This document shows, piece by piece, positions 23,499 to 36,090 of a DNA stretch of 64,000 nt. Each line of letters opens with the position of its first letter. Positions within the stretch are counted from its first letter, which is position 1. Under the pieces are notes generated by a model. The model was not told the origin of the DNA and made no database searches. It worked only from the letters and a program-made list of their open reading frames with translations. The translations under genes and the position numbers were made by a program. The stretch is from Balamuthia mandrillaris (lineage: Eukaryota): contig JAVKOQ020000033.1 in NCBI GenBank assembly GCA_031835245.2, positions 1-64,000 of the forward strand, given 5' to 3'.

Positions 23499-25259
23499 TT
23501 ATCCATCGCTATGCTGATAGTCCAACACTTTGAGGGTGTTTCTGGTGCCTATCGCGAGTCTGCTGTCCTCAAAATGTAGTGTAGATACTGCACTGTCCTG
23601 CGGCAATGTGGCTATGCAACGCCTTCGTCGCAGGTCCGTTATCTGGTCAAGAAAAGAACTTCAGCCACTGAACAACAAAGTTCCAAAGGAAAGAGAAAGA
23701 AAGAGGAGAGAAGAAAAAGGAAACAAAGGAGAACAAGAGGAGACCAGAGCAGAGAAGACAGGTAAAATAAACTATGACGGAGGACAAAGTACCTTCACTG
23801 TTTCATCAGCAGAGCCAGACACAATCTTCAAGTCATCAAACTGCACGCAACCAACAGGACCGCCGTGGTCCGCCATGGAGAACAAACACCGCGCCTTGAG
23901 GTTGTTCTTTCGGGTGTCCCACACTCTCACTGTCTTGTCCAAGGATGCGCTGACAATCGTGTTTTCTCGCAGTTGGATGGAGGCTACGGAGGCGTTGTGG
24001 CCCGAAATGGTATTGATACATCGGAGTGTCTCCAAGTCCCATACTATGTAACGATAAGGAGAAAAGAAAAAGGGAAAAGCAAAGGAGATGCAAGAAAAAG
24101 AATACGGCAAAAAAAAAAACATCAAAAGAAAGAGAAAAGTAAGTTAGTTCCAGCAAACAGTCCCAAGGGTTGAAAGTCATTAGCACTTACTTTTGATGGT
24201 GTGATCGGCAGAGCCAGAGACCAAGGTCCTGTCCTCAAAACACAGGCACCAAACGGAGCCGGTATGGCCCTGCAGCGCCGCGCTCTCGTTCTGAGGGTTG
24301 CGGGCCTCCTCCTCCTGGCTCGGGTGGAGCTTCCACACCCTCATGGTGCTATCCTGCGAGCCGCTGAGGAGGAGGCGCCCCTCAAACTGAAGGCAGCAGA
24401 TCCGCTTGCCATGGCCCACCAGGGTCTTGTAGCAAAAGCCCGAGTCCAGGCTCCACAACTTTAAGAGGTTGTCGTCCGCCCCGCTGATGATCCTCTGCTC
24501 GTCAAAGCGGAGGCAGCGCACAGGCGCGCTGTGGCCAAAGAGCGTGTTGGAACAGGTCATGTGCTCCACGTCCCACACCTTGACCACCTTGTCTATGCTG
24601 CCGCTAACCAGAGTGTTACCCCTGATCTGCACACAGGAAATGGGGCAAACGGTCACGGGGGTCCACCAGTGGGTCAGCCGCTCAAAGGCGGTGGAGGGGT
24701 AGAAGCCCGGCGTAAGCCAGTTGCGCTCGGAGGCGCGCCCCATGGCAAAGTGCCTGCGCAGCCATCGAGAGTACTCCTCCCGCTCCTTCTTGCCTATTTC
24801 CCTGCTCTTCTCTCCTTCGTCATGCTGTGGTCGGTGGTGGTTTGTTGTGGCCGCTGAGGAGGAAGCGTCCCACGTTTTTTTCTTTTGCTGTTGTTTTTTG
24901 TGGTAATAGTCCTCCTCTCCTCCTCCTCCTTCTCCCTCTCCTTCGCCCTCTCCTCCTCCTTCTTCCTCCTCGTCGTCCGTCAGAGCAGCCTCCCTCTTCT
25001 CACCATGACGATTCCTTGGCGAGGGGGAGGAGGAGGAGGAGGCCGCCATCAAAGGCACGCTACGCCGTTGGATGTAGCGCTGCTTCCACACGTTGGCGGC
25101 CACGCCGAGGTCCCGCAAGCGCGGGGAGGCCGCCAGCAGCATCAACAGGTCCTGGTCCTTCAGGAAGGAGAAGACATGCTCCGTGCAGGCCGACGGCAAG
25201 GAAGCCAAGGTAGCCGGGCTGGGGGAACCACCGCGAACATCTCCCGCCGGTGTGGTCAT
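23499..25259 (-). CDS. Second F-box/WD40 repeat protein
   Basis: F-box LASLPSACTEHVFSFL...VWKQRY. WD repeats SGSIDKVVKVWD, GHSAPVRCL, SGSQDSTMRVW and SASLDKTVRVWD. Stop at 23499-23501. Confidence 0.88.
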
Positions 25260-25553
25260 AGCTCCCCTTCTTTTTTTCTTTTTTTAATATTTTTTTTTGG
25301 GGTAATTTTTATTTTTTTTTTCGGTTGGATTGTCTACAAAAAATGGATCTTTGATGGGTTTGACAAGAGGTGGAGCAACCGTGCTGCTCAGATTGGAATT
25401 AATGTCAGCACAAAACGCGAGGAAAAACTGGAGCGGTTGAGCTGCATTGCTGCACTACAACGGCGAGGAAGGTCAAGAAGTGCAGAACAGCTGCAGGAGG
25501 AGAGCTCCCACTGACATGAGTGACGGTGAAACAAAGAAAAGAAAGAAAAGAAA

Positions 25554-26940
25554 ATGGAGGAAGGAGGAAACAAAGTACCTCCTGGGAAGGCGCTGGGGCA
25601 GGAGGTGGCTGAAACCCCGCCTGATGATGGGATCGCTCCCAAGGCAGAGGCGGGAGGAGACAGCGTGGCTGCCGCTGCCCGCTTGCCCAACGTATCCCAC
25701 ATCCTGCTGGCCGAGTTTGACATTGACAAAGGCAGCACGTTGCGTTACCAGGTTCCTCAGCCCGTTCCTTTCAGCACTCCAGAGTAAAAAACAGATAGCC
25801 TGCTTGTTCTCCTTCTTCTTGTTCTTCTTATTTTTTAAAAAAACTAAGTTAAACCCTAAACAAAAAGTGCACTGGCAGATAAAATGCTTCCGGACGGAGC
25901 ACAAAACCAGGAATGGGATTGGAACATGTTTTTTCTCAACCGTGCCCTCCTTCAAAATGTACGTGGTTTGGTGTTGTTTGCTTTTGCAACCTCTGTTGTC
26001 ATGTGCCTGCTTTGCTTTTCGTTTCTTGTTGTCTTATGTTGTTGTTCTTCACTTTGTTCTTATTCTCTGCATTCTTGTTGTTGTTGTTCTTGTTGGTTGT
26101 TGTTGTTGTTGTTGTTCTTCTTCTTCTTCTTCTTCTTCTTCTTGTTCTTCTTCTTCTTGTTCTTCTTCTTCTTCTTGTTCTTCTTGTTCTTCTTCTTCTT
26201 CTTCTTCTTCTTCTTCTTCTTCTTCTTCTTTCTACTTTATTCGTTCAGCTTTCTGCCTTCCTTTCTTCTTTCTACTATCTTCTATCTGTCTTTGTTCTTT
26301 CTATCCTGTTTCTATTTGTATCTCACTTTCGATATGTGTTATTATTAAAAGCCAAAAAAGCTAAACTCAAGCGAAGAAGGGTGGGAGCTCATTGTCAACG
26401 AGTCTTCTACCGGCCAAGAACAGCAGGAGCCACCAGCACAGCCGACCAACAGTGACAAAGAGGAGGAGGAGGATCATGGGATGCTCTATTGTCTTACTCT
26501 CATCCATTGTCGAAAGGATGATCGCGTGCGGCGAGGAGCAACCATTCGTTCCTTATGCCTTTGTACTCACTTTAGCTTCGTTAACGTTTTCCGGGTCTCT
26601 CTCTCTTTCCTCCTTTTCTCCTCTTTGCTCTGCTTCTCCTTGTTCGCTTCTTACTGTCGTTTTAAAACACAGCCATTAGTATTCAGAGCATTGCAAGAGT
26701 ATTTCCATGAACCAACTTTGGAGACGTTGACCCAACTCTATGCCCATGTCAACTCTCTGAACTTGAGTACCGTATCTCAAATCATACGTGCCACTAGGAT
26801 GTGGAGTCAATATAGCATAAAGCCTCTCTATACTTTTCTGGATGCGTCGTTTTGGGAGGAGGCCGCCAAAGAGCGAGTAGAGCAGGATGTCATCAAAGTA
26901 CCTTTGCACTATGGACTTGATCAAGTGGAAGAGGTTTTAA

Positions 26941-26986
<46 letters not shown>

Positions 26987-28558
26987 TGCTCACCTTCTCG
27001 AAACGCCAAACAACAGATCCACTTGTTACATCTCTTTAGGACATTCAAAGTTAGTGGGGTCGTTAACTTATACTACGGTACGGTTGTCTTTCTCCTCTTT
27101 TTTTTTTTATTTCTGCGACTAAACAAAAGGCCTTACAAAATGAGCAGCAATATTGCTACAGAAGCGAGTGTTAGTATTAGGACACAACAGGCCTGCCTCT
27201 GAGGTATGTCAATGCGTGTTGTCCCTCATTGCATTGACTTGTCCTCCACTATGGGGCATTTTGGCCGAACGATGCTTCCCTTATGTCAGCCTTCACGATA
27301 TCGAATACGCAACAGCAAGTGGTCCCTTTACATCTGTGTACTCTCTCTCTCTCTCTCTCTCTCTCTTCCTCGCTCGCTGAGTTCTAATATTTCTTTCTTA
27401 CGTTACTCTGTTTCTCGTTGTTTTACAAAAAAATAGTAAAGGATTTATAGCGGGAACAACGAATCCATTCTTTCGAGAGCATTGTCAATGGGAAGTGTTG
27501 GCTGATCTCGAGAAAGGACAAGTAGTCATCGCCAAAACCGCCGAGTTCATCTTCCAACACATTGGAGAGAACCGTTTAAGCCAAGCCTCCTCTTCTGGAG
27601 GATTTTCCTTCAAGAAAAGCAAGAGCATTGCGCCCTCTTCTTCTCGCTCCTCCTCTTCCTCTTTGAGCTTGAAAGGAGATTCGGACCAGCAGCAGAAGCC
27701 TGGCGCAAAGCTCATTTCCCAACTGAAAAAGGGCATTCTTCTTCGTTGTGGAGAGGATTGGATGCGTCAAAAGTTTAAGGAACATACACTTCAAATGTTG
27801 GAGTTGGCGTTGGAAACATCCACGGTAGAGACTCATTCTCCTCTTCAAAGCAGAGCATCACCCACTTCCTCTTCTTCTTCCATCTCTCAAAGTTTTCTCC
27901 TTGTCATCAAAGAACTCAAAACAACAGAAGCCTTCAAACGCTTTCGACGTTGGGTGAATGGCGGCTTCAACCTCAACGACCTTCTTTCACCCGTATCGTC
28001 TCCTTCTTCCTCCACATCCTCCTTCCGCACGCGACGAAGAGCCAACTCCTCTTCCATCCTCACGCAAGAAGCCAAAAAGAGAATGGTCGTGCAGTTTGTT
28101 CGCCAGTTGCACATCTCCCACGATCGCCTCCTTGATTTGAGCGTGGATGAGGAGCAGCTGGTCAGCTTGGACAACACGTTTGCTAACCTGTTGGCTCTTG
28201 TTCGCTCCGAGGATGACTTGCAAGAGGTTCGTCTACCCCTATTGCTCTAGGGAGAGAGAGAGAGGAGAACATGATTTAACGCAGGCTTGTCCTTGTGGAT
28301 AGTTTCTGGCGTTTGTGTATTTATACTTTGGAGAGGTGGAAGTGCTTCACAGCCTGCTGCCGTTGATAACCAGTGAGCCGCTGCGCCTGCAAGCCTCCCT
28401 CTTCCTCTCCCGGCTGTTGGACTATAAGGTTTTTATTACCACCGGCCCCCCCGTTGTGCTTCCCTTTCTTTTCTCTCTTCTTCTCACTTAATATCTCCCT
28501 CCTTCAGGACAAATGTATGCGTGGTGATCAAGCAGTTCTCAACTCTTTTGTTCCATAG
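25554..28558 (+). CDS. Afi1/MesA-like DENN-related protein
   Basis: HILLAEFDIDKGSTLRYQVP, LADKMLPDG...DWNMFFLNR, RVRRGATIRSL, KRVLVLGHNRPASEVC, CFPYVSL and GFIAGTTNPFF. The 3' end is approximate. Confidence 0.75.
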
Positions 28559-28631
28559 AACAGCAAAGAGGGAGAGAGGGAGAGAGAGAGAGAGAGAGAG
28601 AACAAAGAAAAAAAGATTTACTATTCGCTAC

Positions 28632-29490
28632 TTACTTGCTGCTCTTTTTGGAGGCATTGTTAGTTGTTGCAGACTTTTCTTCCCCTTCCTTCTTCTTCTC
28701 ACCGTCCTTCTCTCCTTCCTCTCCCTCTTTCTTCTCCTTCTCCTTCTCCTTCTTATCCTTCTCCTCCAAGGCCTTTCGCTCCGCAGCCTTCAAGTCCAAC
28801 TTATTGTTGATCAAATTGTGCATCGCAATAATGGAACGAATGAGAGAGGACAAGTAGATCACCAACATCATGTCGTTAGTCTTGACGGCAAAGGCCTTGA
28901 CGGCCTCCTCCACGTTCAAGTTGGGCAGCAAGTTGAAGATGTCTTGCAGCTGGTTGATAATGTTGTGGTTGATGGGAAGTTTGCCCTCGCACACGTTGGA
29001 TAAGTATTGGTGCATCTCCTTGAGATGAACCAAGAGGCTTCTCAGGGAGAGCAGTTTGGCGTTAACGTTGGTGGCCACCGTGCTGATGGAGGAGTCATGG
29101 ATGTCGCGGAGGAGGTGCTCCACTCCCACCTCTTCGGCCTCGACTGCGCCGATCTCAGAGGGGATGTGTTTGAATGTCATCTTGGACTCTTTTCCGTCCT
29201 GTTTTTTTTTTGGTATGTTTGTTATTGGTTGTGTTGAGAGCGAAAGCAAAAAACGAGGAGAGAAGAAAGCGAGAAATGTACCTCAGACACTTCTTCTTGA
29301 GTGACGTAGGCCTTGGTAGGAAGGCCAAGCTCTGTTGGTACCACGTTGATGATGACGAGAACAGGGTTGGGAGTGTATCTGCGCCACAGCTCGTTGATCT
29401 CCAGGTCAGCTGGTCTTATCTTGGGGCCAGTGCTGTACCAACCCACCACATGTTCCTTGGCTTTGGTTGGCCAGCAACAGGGAGAGTAAA

Positions 29491-29531
<41 letters not shown>

Positions 29532-30089
29532 GAGTTAGAAACAGAGGTTGATGAAATAAAGAAGGAAAAGCAGACGGTACCGTTGACCTTCCTGAACATG
29601 GCAAACATGTTCTCGTGGTAGTCGTGGTCCAAAAACCAAATGCTTGGGTTGCGAGCGTCCTCTTCGAAAGGAACTGGAAGGAAAGAGAAAGAACGCAATC
29701 AGGCGTGAGGAGAACACAAAGAAGAATTGAAGAAGAAAAAACAGTGCAAGAAGTGACGTGAAGTGAAGGATGCAAAGAGAAAGAATGAGAAGAGAGAAAG
29801 CGAGAAAAGAGGATGGAAAGAAAGCAAGCAAGAAAAGAAGAGAGAGAGCGAGAGAGAGAGTCAAAAAAAACACAATACCAGCATAACTGTTTGTGATGTC
29901 AACCACGCCCTTGTTGGTCTCGCCAAGCAGCACGCCCACAACACGCTTCTTAGTGTCCTTGGCCACTCGGTTGTAGTGATCGACCACGCTCAGCAGCACC
30001 AGTGGGTGCACCACCACGCTCTGCGGCAGATGGCTCGCCACACCCAACACAGAAGCCGAGGTCCCTGTCGAAGCCTTGTCAGAACTCAT
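28632..30089 (-). CDS. PSMD7: 26S proteasome lid subunit Rpn8
   Basis: [24 protein letters not shown]...[28 protein letters not shown] and [14 protein letters not shown]. Confidence 0.97.
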
Positions 30090-30342
30090 TTTGCTCTCTC
30101 TCTCTGTTCTTCTTCCTCCCCACCGCTACGCCGCTGCTACTCTCTTTGCAATCTTTTTTTTTTTTCGTTTCACTCAACTTTTTTTTTGGGTTTTTTTTCA
30201 GCGTCGACAAAAATTGAAACGTGGATTTTTGGTGGCGCTTGAGGAGGCGAATATCCGATGTTTTTTGTCGTCACCACCGTGACGACATGAAATAAAGCTC
30301 CACCAAAAGAAGAAGAAAGAAAAGTTGGAGAGAGGAAGAAAA

Positions 30343-30550
30343 ATGCAGTCTCTGATGGGGTTGGTAGGCCTGAAGGCGTTGTGTTTTGGTTTGTTTTTTT
30401 TTGTTTATCTATGTGCTCACCCCCCTTTTTTTTTGTGTTCTTGCAATAGTTGGTTATGGCCGTCCTTCAGCGCACATAAATGGTTTTTTTTTTGCATTCT
30501 TTGCTCTCGCTCTGCTCAACACCCCTCTCTCTCCCTCTCCCTCTCTCTCC

Positions 30551-30581
<31 letters not shown>

Positions 30582-32014
30582 GCGCTCTTTCTTACTTGCT
30601 GTGTGTTTTGTTAGCAAAATCCAACTGAGCAGCGCCTGCGTACGTATGCGTCTGCGAAAGACAAAGAAGGTGGAACAGCTCAAAGCACAGGAACGTGAAA
30701 TAGTGGAGCTGATAGGCCAAGGCAAGGAAGACTTTGCTAAAATCAAAGTACGTCATCCTTTTTAAAGCCCTTGATCTTGCACTTGTTAACCTCTTTTTCC
30801 TTCCTACTTCTTTCTTCTTCTTCGTCGTCTTCTGCTTGTTCTTCTTCTTCTTCTTCTTCTTCTTCTTCTTCTTCTTCTTCACTTGTTATTGTTCTTCTTG
30901 TTCTTGTTCTTGGTCTTGTTCTGCTTCTTGTTCTTGTTCTTCTTGTTCTCCTTCTTGTTCTTGTTCGTGTTCTTGTTCTTCTTCTTCTTCTTGTTCTTCT
31001 TCGTTCTTGTCCTCTCTTTTCTAAAAAGGTGGAACAACTTATAAGGGACATTTATCTCACAGAAGCATTTGATATTTTGGACTTATTCTCCGAGGTGGTG
31101 CAAGCACGGCTTGGCATTTTGGAAGTTTCCACGTTCGTTATTGCTCTCTTATCCTTCCTTCATTTTCGTGCTGTGAATATGACCTCCTTCTCTTTCTATG
31201 TTATCTATCTTTGTTTTTGTTTTGTTCTTTTGAGCAGTACAGTACCAAAGGAGATTAGGGAGGCTGTGTACAGTTTAGTTTGGTCTTTTCTTCGGCTCCC
31301 CATTCCAGAACTTAAACAGGTTTTTCTTTTCCTTTCTCTTGTTTTTTTTTCTTGCTTATCATCCGTTTTTAGTTTGCGATACAAATGAAACTCAAGTTCG
31401 GAGAGGAAATGCTCAAAGATGCTCTCTCCAATCACAGTGGCTTTGTCAATGAAAAGGTTTCTGCTTTCTCCTTTCTCCTTTCTCCTTCTTTCTCCTTTCT
31501 CAACATTTTATTTTGTAAACTTTAGTTGTTTACAAAACTGAGCGTGACAATCCCCGCGCCAAGCCTGGTGGCTCGACACCTACACAGGCTATGTCCGGAC
31601 CGCTACCCAGCCATCTCCGACGTGGACGCCATGCTGATGGACGACGCCGTGCCGGATGCTCCTTCCTCAGATGACTTTGCTGCCTCCTCTCAGGATCTCT
31701 TCTCCGATGACGGCGACGTTGTTGGAGGGCTTGGCGATGAGGAGGAGCAAAGGGTGATGGCTGCTGCTGAGAATGCTGCCAAAGGAGGTGGAAATGCTGA
31801 CGACCTTCGACGACAATTGGATGCTCTTTCTTCGCCTCCAACTTCTTCCTCGTCATCTCCCGCCACCCAACAACAACAGGAAACGAACGTGATCCATTTT
31901 CCATCACCGCCGCCATCGACCTCCACTCCTTCCTCAACGACGACCAAAGCCAAAGAGGAGGATGAGTATGCCGCTTTGAGTGCACGTTTCGAAGCCCTCA
32001 AACGTGGCCTTTAA
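30343..32014 (+). CDS. IST1: IST1 homologue (ESCRT-III-associated)
   Basis: AKIKVEQLIRD...EAFDILDLFSEVVQARL, EIREAVYSLVW...IPELK and C-terminal MIM-like DEYAALSARFEALK. The start codon is approximate. Confidence 0.82.
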
Positions 32015-32063
32015 CCATCTTGCTTTGTTCTTTCTTTTTTGAACAAAATGTACATTTATCTCT

Positions 32064-32065
32064 TT

Positions 32066-32163
<98 letters not shown>
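32064..32163 (+). repeat. (TTTC)n microsatellite filling about half of the short IST1-threonine synthase intergenic region
   Basis: Directly visible. Confidence 0.95.
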
Positions 32164-32164
<1 letters not shown>

Positions 32165-32207
32165 CTCTCTCTCTTCTTCGCCAAAAAAGAGAGAAGAGAA
32201 AGAAAGG

Positions 32208-32720
32208 ATGGTGCTGTCCTATGTGAGCACAAGAGGGGAGAAAGGCCTGTCCTTCGTGGAGGCGGTAATGGCGGGCTATGCCTCCGACGGGGGCATGATC
32301 CTCCCCGAAACCATCCCTCCTCTCTCTTCCTCCCAGCTCCTTCACTGGCTGCAACAAATCGAAACCGCTGAGAAAAGGGAGTCTGGCTCTGCTTCATCGT
32401 CTTTTTACGCTCAGCTTTGCGCTCAACTCTGTGCGCTGTTCATCGATGAGACAGAAATCCCTCGGGAGGATCTTTGCTCCCTCGTGGAAGAGACTTTTGT
32501 GGACGCTTCCTCCTCCCGTTTTGCCTTCTGCGAAGATGAATTGATTCCCATCGTTTCCTTGGAAGGAGATCAAGCTTCTCCTTTGTTCCTCGCGGAGCTG
32601 TTCAATGGACCGAGTTTGGCGTTCAAAGACTTGGGGCTGCAGTTCTTGGGCAACCTCTTGCAGTACTTGTTGAAGAGACGCAACGACGAGGCCGAGAAGA
32701 ACGCCGCTTTGAAAGAGGTT

Positions 32721-32758
<38 letters not shown>

Positions 32759-33064
32759 GTCTCTTTTCTCCTCTGAAATGATGTAATGCTGCAGAAAGTG
32801 CCGGAGCACCTCACCTTGCTTGTTGCCACTTCTGGTGATACTGGTTAGTTGCTCTTCTCCTGTCCTTTTGTCTCTCAAGTCGTTCTCGTCCTGGTTCTCT
32901 TGCTGTTCTTTCTTTCTTCTTAGTGCTTTTGTTGTTGATGACTCAGTTGGACCCAACAGGGAGTGCGGCAATGGAAGCTGTCAGAGATAAAGCAGGAATG
33001 GACATCATCGTCTGCTATCCTGGCAATGGCCGAATCAGCTCCATGCAGGAACTACAGGTGCACG

Positions 33065-33095
<31 letters not shown>

Positions 33096-33598
33096 GTTGT
33101 CGTCATTCTTTAGTACTCTGATATATCTTCGTTTGAATGGTCAGATGACAACAATTAAAGCCACAAACGTGCATGCATTGTCGGTGGACGCCAACTCGGA
33201 CGACATTGATGTGTTTGTCAAGCAATTGTTTGAGGACCTGCCCTTTAAAAAGAAGCATGGCATCTCTTCTCTCAACTCGGTCAACTGGGCACGAATTATG
33301 ATTCAGATTGTCCATTACTTTTACTGTTATTTCCAAGTCGTTCACCGTCTTCAAGAGAAACAGGTACCTCTCTCTCTCTCTCTCTCTCTTCAAGCATGAG
33401 CGGTTCTAATGTTATCTATAATATAATGAAGGAAGTAACGGAGGAGTCGTCGTTGCCCACTGTTCGTTTTGCTATTCCCTCTGGTGGCTTTGGTAACGCT
33501 ACAGCAGGTTTCATAGCACAAAAGATGGGACTTCCCATCGAGCTTTTAGTTTGTGTTAACAAAAATGTTAGTCTCTCTTCTCTTTCCTTTCTCTCTCC

Positions 33599-33638
<40 letters not shown>

Positions 33639-34391
33639 TTCTCTCTCTTTGCTCATTCTCCTGATACATTCTCTGCCTTAGGATGTACTGCACCAATACT
33701 TTTCGAATGGCAGACTTAAGAAAGCTGACCATGTAGATACTACTATAGCGCCATCCATGGGTATTGTCTCTATCTTTCTGTCTCTTCGCTCTTCTTAACC
33801 GCACAACCTCTCGACCTTCACAGATATAGGAGTGCCGTATAACATTGAACGTTTTTTCTACATCACGACTGGCGATCCTTCCCAAGTTACACTTCGAATC
33901 AAGGCCTTGAACGAGGGCAAAGAATATCACAACGACCAACCCTCTTCCTCCTCCACGACCATCCAGTCCTGTGCTGTCTCAGAGGACGAAATCATGAAGA
34001 CCATTCGTGAAACCCATCAAAACTGTGGATACCTTCTTGATCCACATTCTGCTGTTGGTTAGTTTTTTTCCCATCTCCTTTGTGCCTCTCTCTAACTTTT
34101 TTTTTTTGTAATTTGTTGGTTACCCTTTGGTGCCAAGGTGTGTTTGGTGCCAGAGCTGTGGTTTCTTCGGCGCCAACATGTTGCTTGTTGACAGCTCATC
34201 CTGCCAAGTTTGCGGAGACGGTGAAGAGGAGCACTGGCATCGATCCAGAACTACCCTCCTTCTTGCAGGACATCCACGACAGGCCTATCTGCAAACGAGA
34301 CATTCGACCGGATGAAGATCCTGCACAGGTGTTGAGACAAGTCATTGAGACACTTTATGCTTCCAGACATCAACAACCCTCCTCCGAATAA
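32208..34391 (+). CDS. Threonine synthase (PLP-dependent, THNSL2/ThrC type)
   Basis: YVSTRG, GYASDGGMILPE, ELFNGPSLAFKDLGLQ, VATSGDTGSAA, NSVNWARI, IPSGGFGN, LLDPHSAVG and TAHPAKF. Confidence 0.93.
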
Positions 34392-34442
34392 TGAATGAAT
34401 GAACGCGAGGAAAGAAGGAACACAAAAAAAAAAACAATCGTT

Positions 34443-35096
34443 TCATTGGTTGCTGTCTGACCGACACTCCACATCAGAAGGTCGCAGTGCTTCCAGTTGT
34501 TGAAGTATTTCGTGGAACGACGGGCTGTGTGACGAGGTACAAGATGTGAACAGATTTGATTGAGCAGGCGGAAGACAGATAGGGAGGAAGAAAGAAGAGA
34601 AAGTAGATACCGTTGCTTGGGGTTTTGGTTGAGGCATTGTTGGAGGAGGGTGGCAAGGGCAGGAGGACAATTTGTGGGCGTTGGTAGCATGACTTTTTCG
34701 TGGGCGACCATGTAGATCACTCGGAATGGGTTTACGCCTCGGAAGGGCGGCTCTCCTGTTAGCAACTCCCAAAGTACCACTCCAAAGCTGTATATCGTAA
34801 GAGAGAAGTATAGAGCATGAGAGAGAGAGAGAGAGCGAAAGAGAAAGTAGAATGTAAAAACATCACTCTACAACAAAAACTAACCTATAAACATCGGCCT
34901 TTTCGGTATATCTTTGCTCTCTTAGCATTTCTGGTGCCATCCACTTCGCAAAGAACACTAAAGGTGAAAATGGAGAAACAGGTGTTGGAAGGAGGAGGGG
35001 TAGGTACCTGTGGCGTTCCAACTCGAGTCATAGTGCTTGTCACCGCTCGCACTCGACTCATTCCACTAATAAATTGTACAATTAAAAAGACATGGC

Positions 35097-35132
<36 letters not shown>

Positions 35133-36026
35133 AGAGCATGAGAGAGAGAAGCGACGTACAAATCAGCCACTTTAGTGTTCCAGTTCTCATCGATGAGCAA
35201 GTTTTGTGATTTTAGATCTGCAACAGGGTAACAATTAACACCACATCATCACCACAACTACAAGGAAGTAGGAGAGGAAGAAACAATACCTCGATGAACA
35301 ATGGGAGGTTCAAAGCCATGCAAAAAGGTCATGCCTCGAGCTACATCCCGCAAAATCTTCAACAGAAGTTCTGGCGAGAACGGCGGATTGCAAAGGAATA
35401 GCTGCGATTGACGTTCCATCTCTCCCTTTTGACCCTTTCCATCTTCTGCTTCTTGTTCGCCTTCTTTCGTCCCTTCCCCATCTCTCTGTTTCTCGCGTCT
35501 TTCACGATACAAAAGATCAAAGAGAGAGCCTCGTTTCATGTACTCCGTTACAATGCACAAGTTGTCATCCTCCACACAAACTCCCAGCAACAAAATGATG
35601 TTCGGGTGCCGTAACTCTCCTAGTAATTGAGATTCTTGCAACAAGTCCTTTTTCACTGCTGGCATTTCCACTCTCCCTACCTTTATTTATTTATTTTTTT
35701 TGAAGTGTTAAGAAGCATATGCCGAAGAAAGAGGACAGAAGAGGAGGAAAAAGTACTTTAAATTTCTTTACAGCAACGATGGTGCCTTGCCACATTGCTT
35801 TGTAAACTTCGCCCATGGCACCCATGCCTATAAGACTCTCGAAAGTCAAAGCGGTGGAGGGAATGATGCGAAGCGTCACAGCAGGAAGTCCTCCAGCTTT
35901 GGGATCGTTGTCCGCTTTTGAAAGGCTCAAGCTATAATCGAAACCGTGTTCCGGATCTACGTTTTGTGCTGCGAGTATATACGCTCCTCTCTTTCGCCCT
36001 GTTTTTTTTAAAAAACCAGTAAGAAG

Positions 36027-36090
<64 letters not shown>

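Noticed and set aside
10551..25259. Cell-cycle cluster of Rb with two FBXW7-like genes
   Set aside because: F-box/WD40 genes are numerous in amoebae and these two are highly divergent. There is no evidence of co-regulation.
30231..30238. PACE-like GGTGGC upstream of Rpn8
   Set aside because: Only a 6-bp core match, and the Rpn4/PACE system is fungal.
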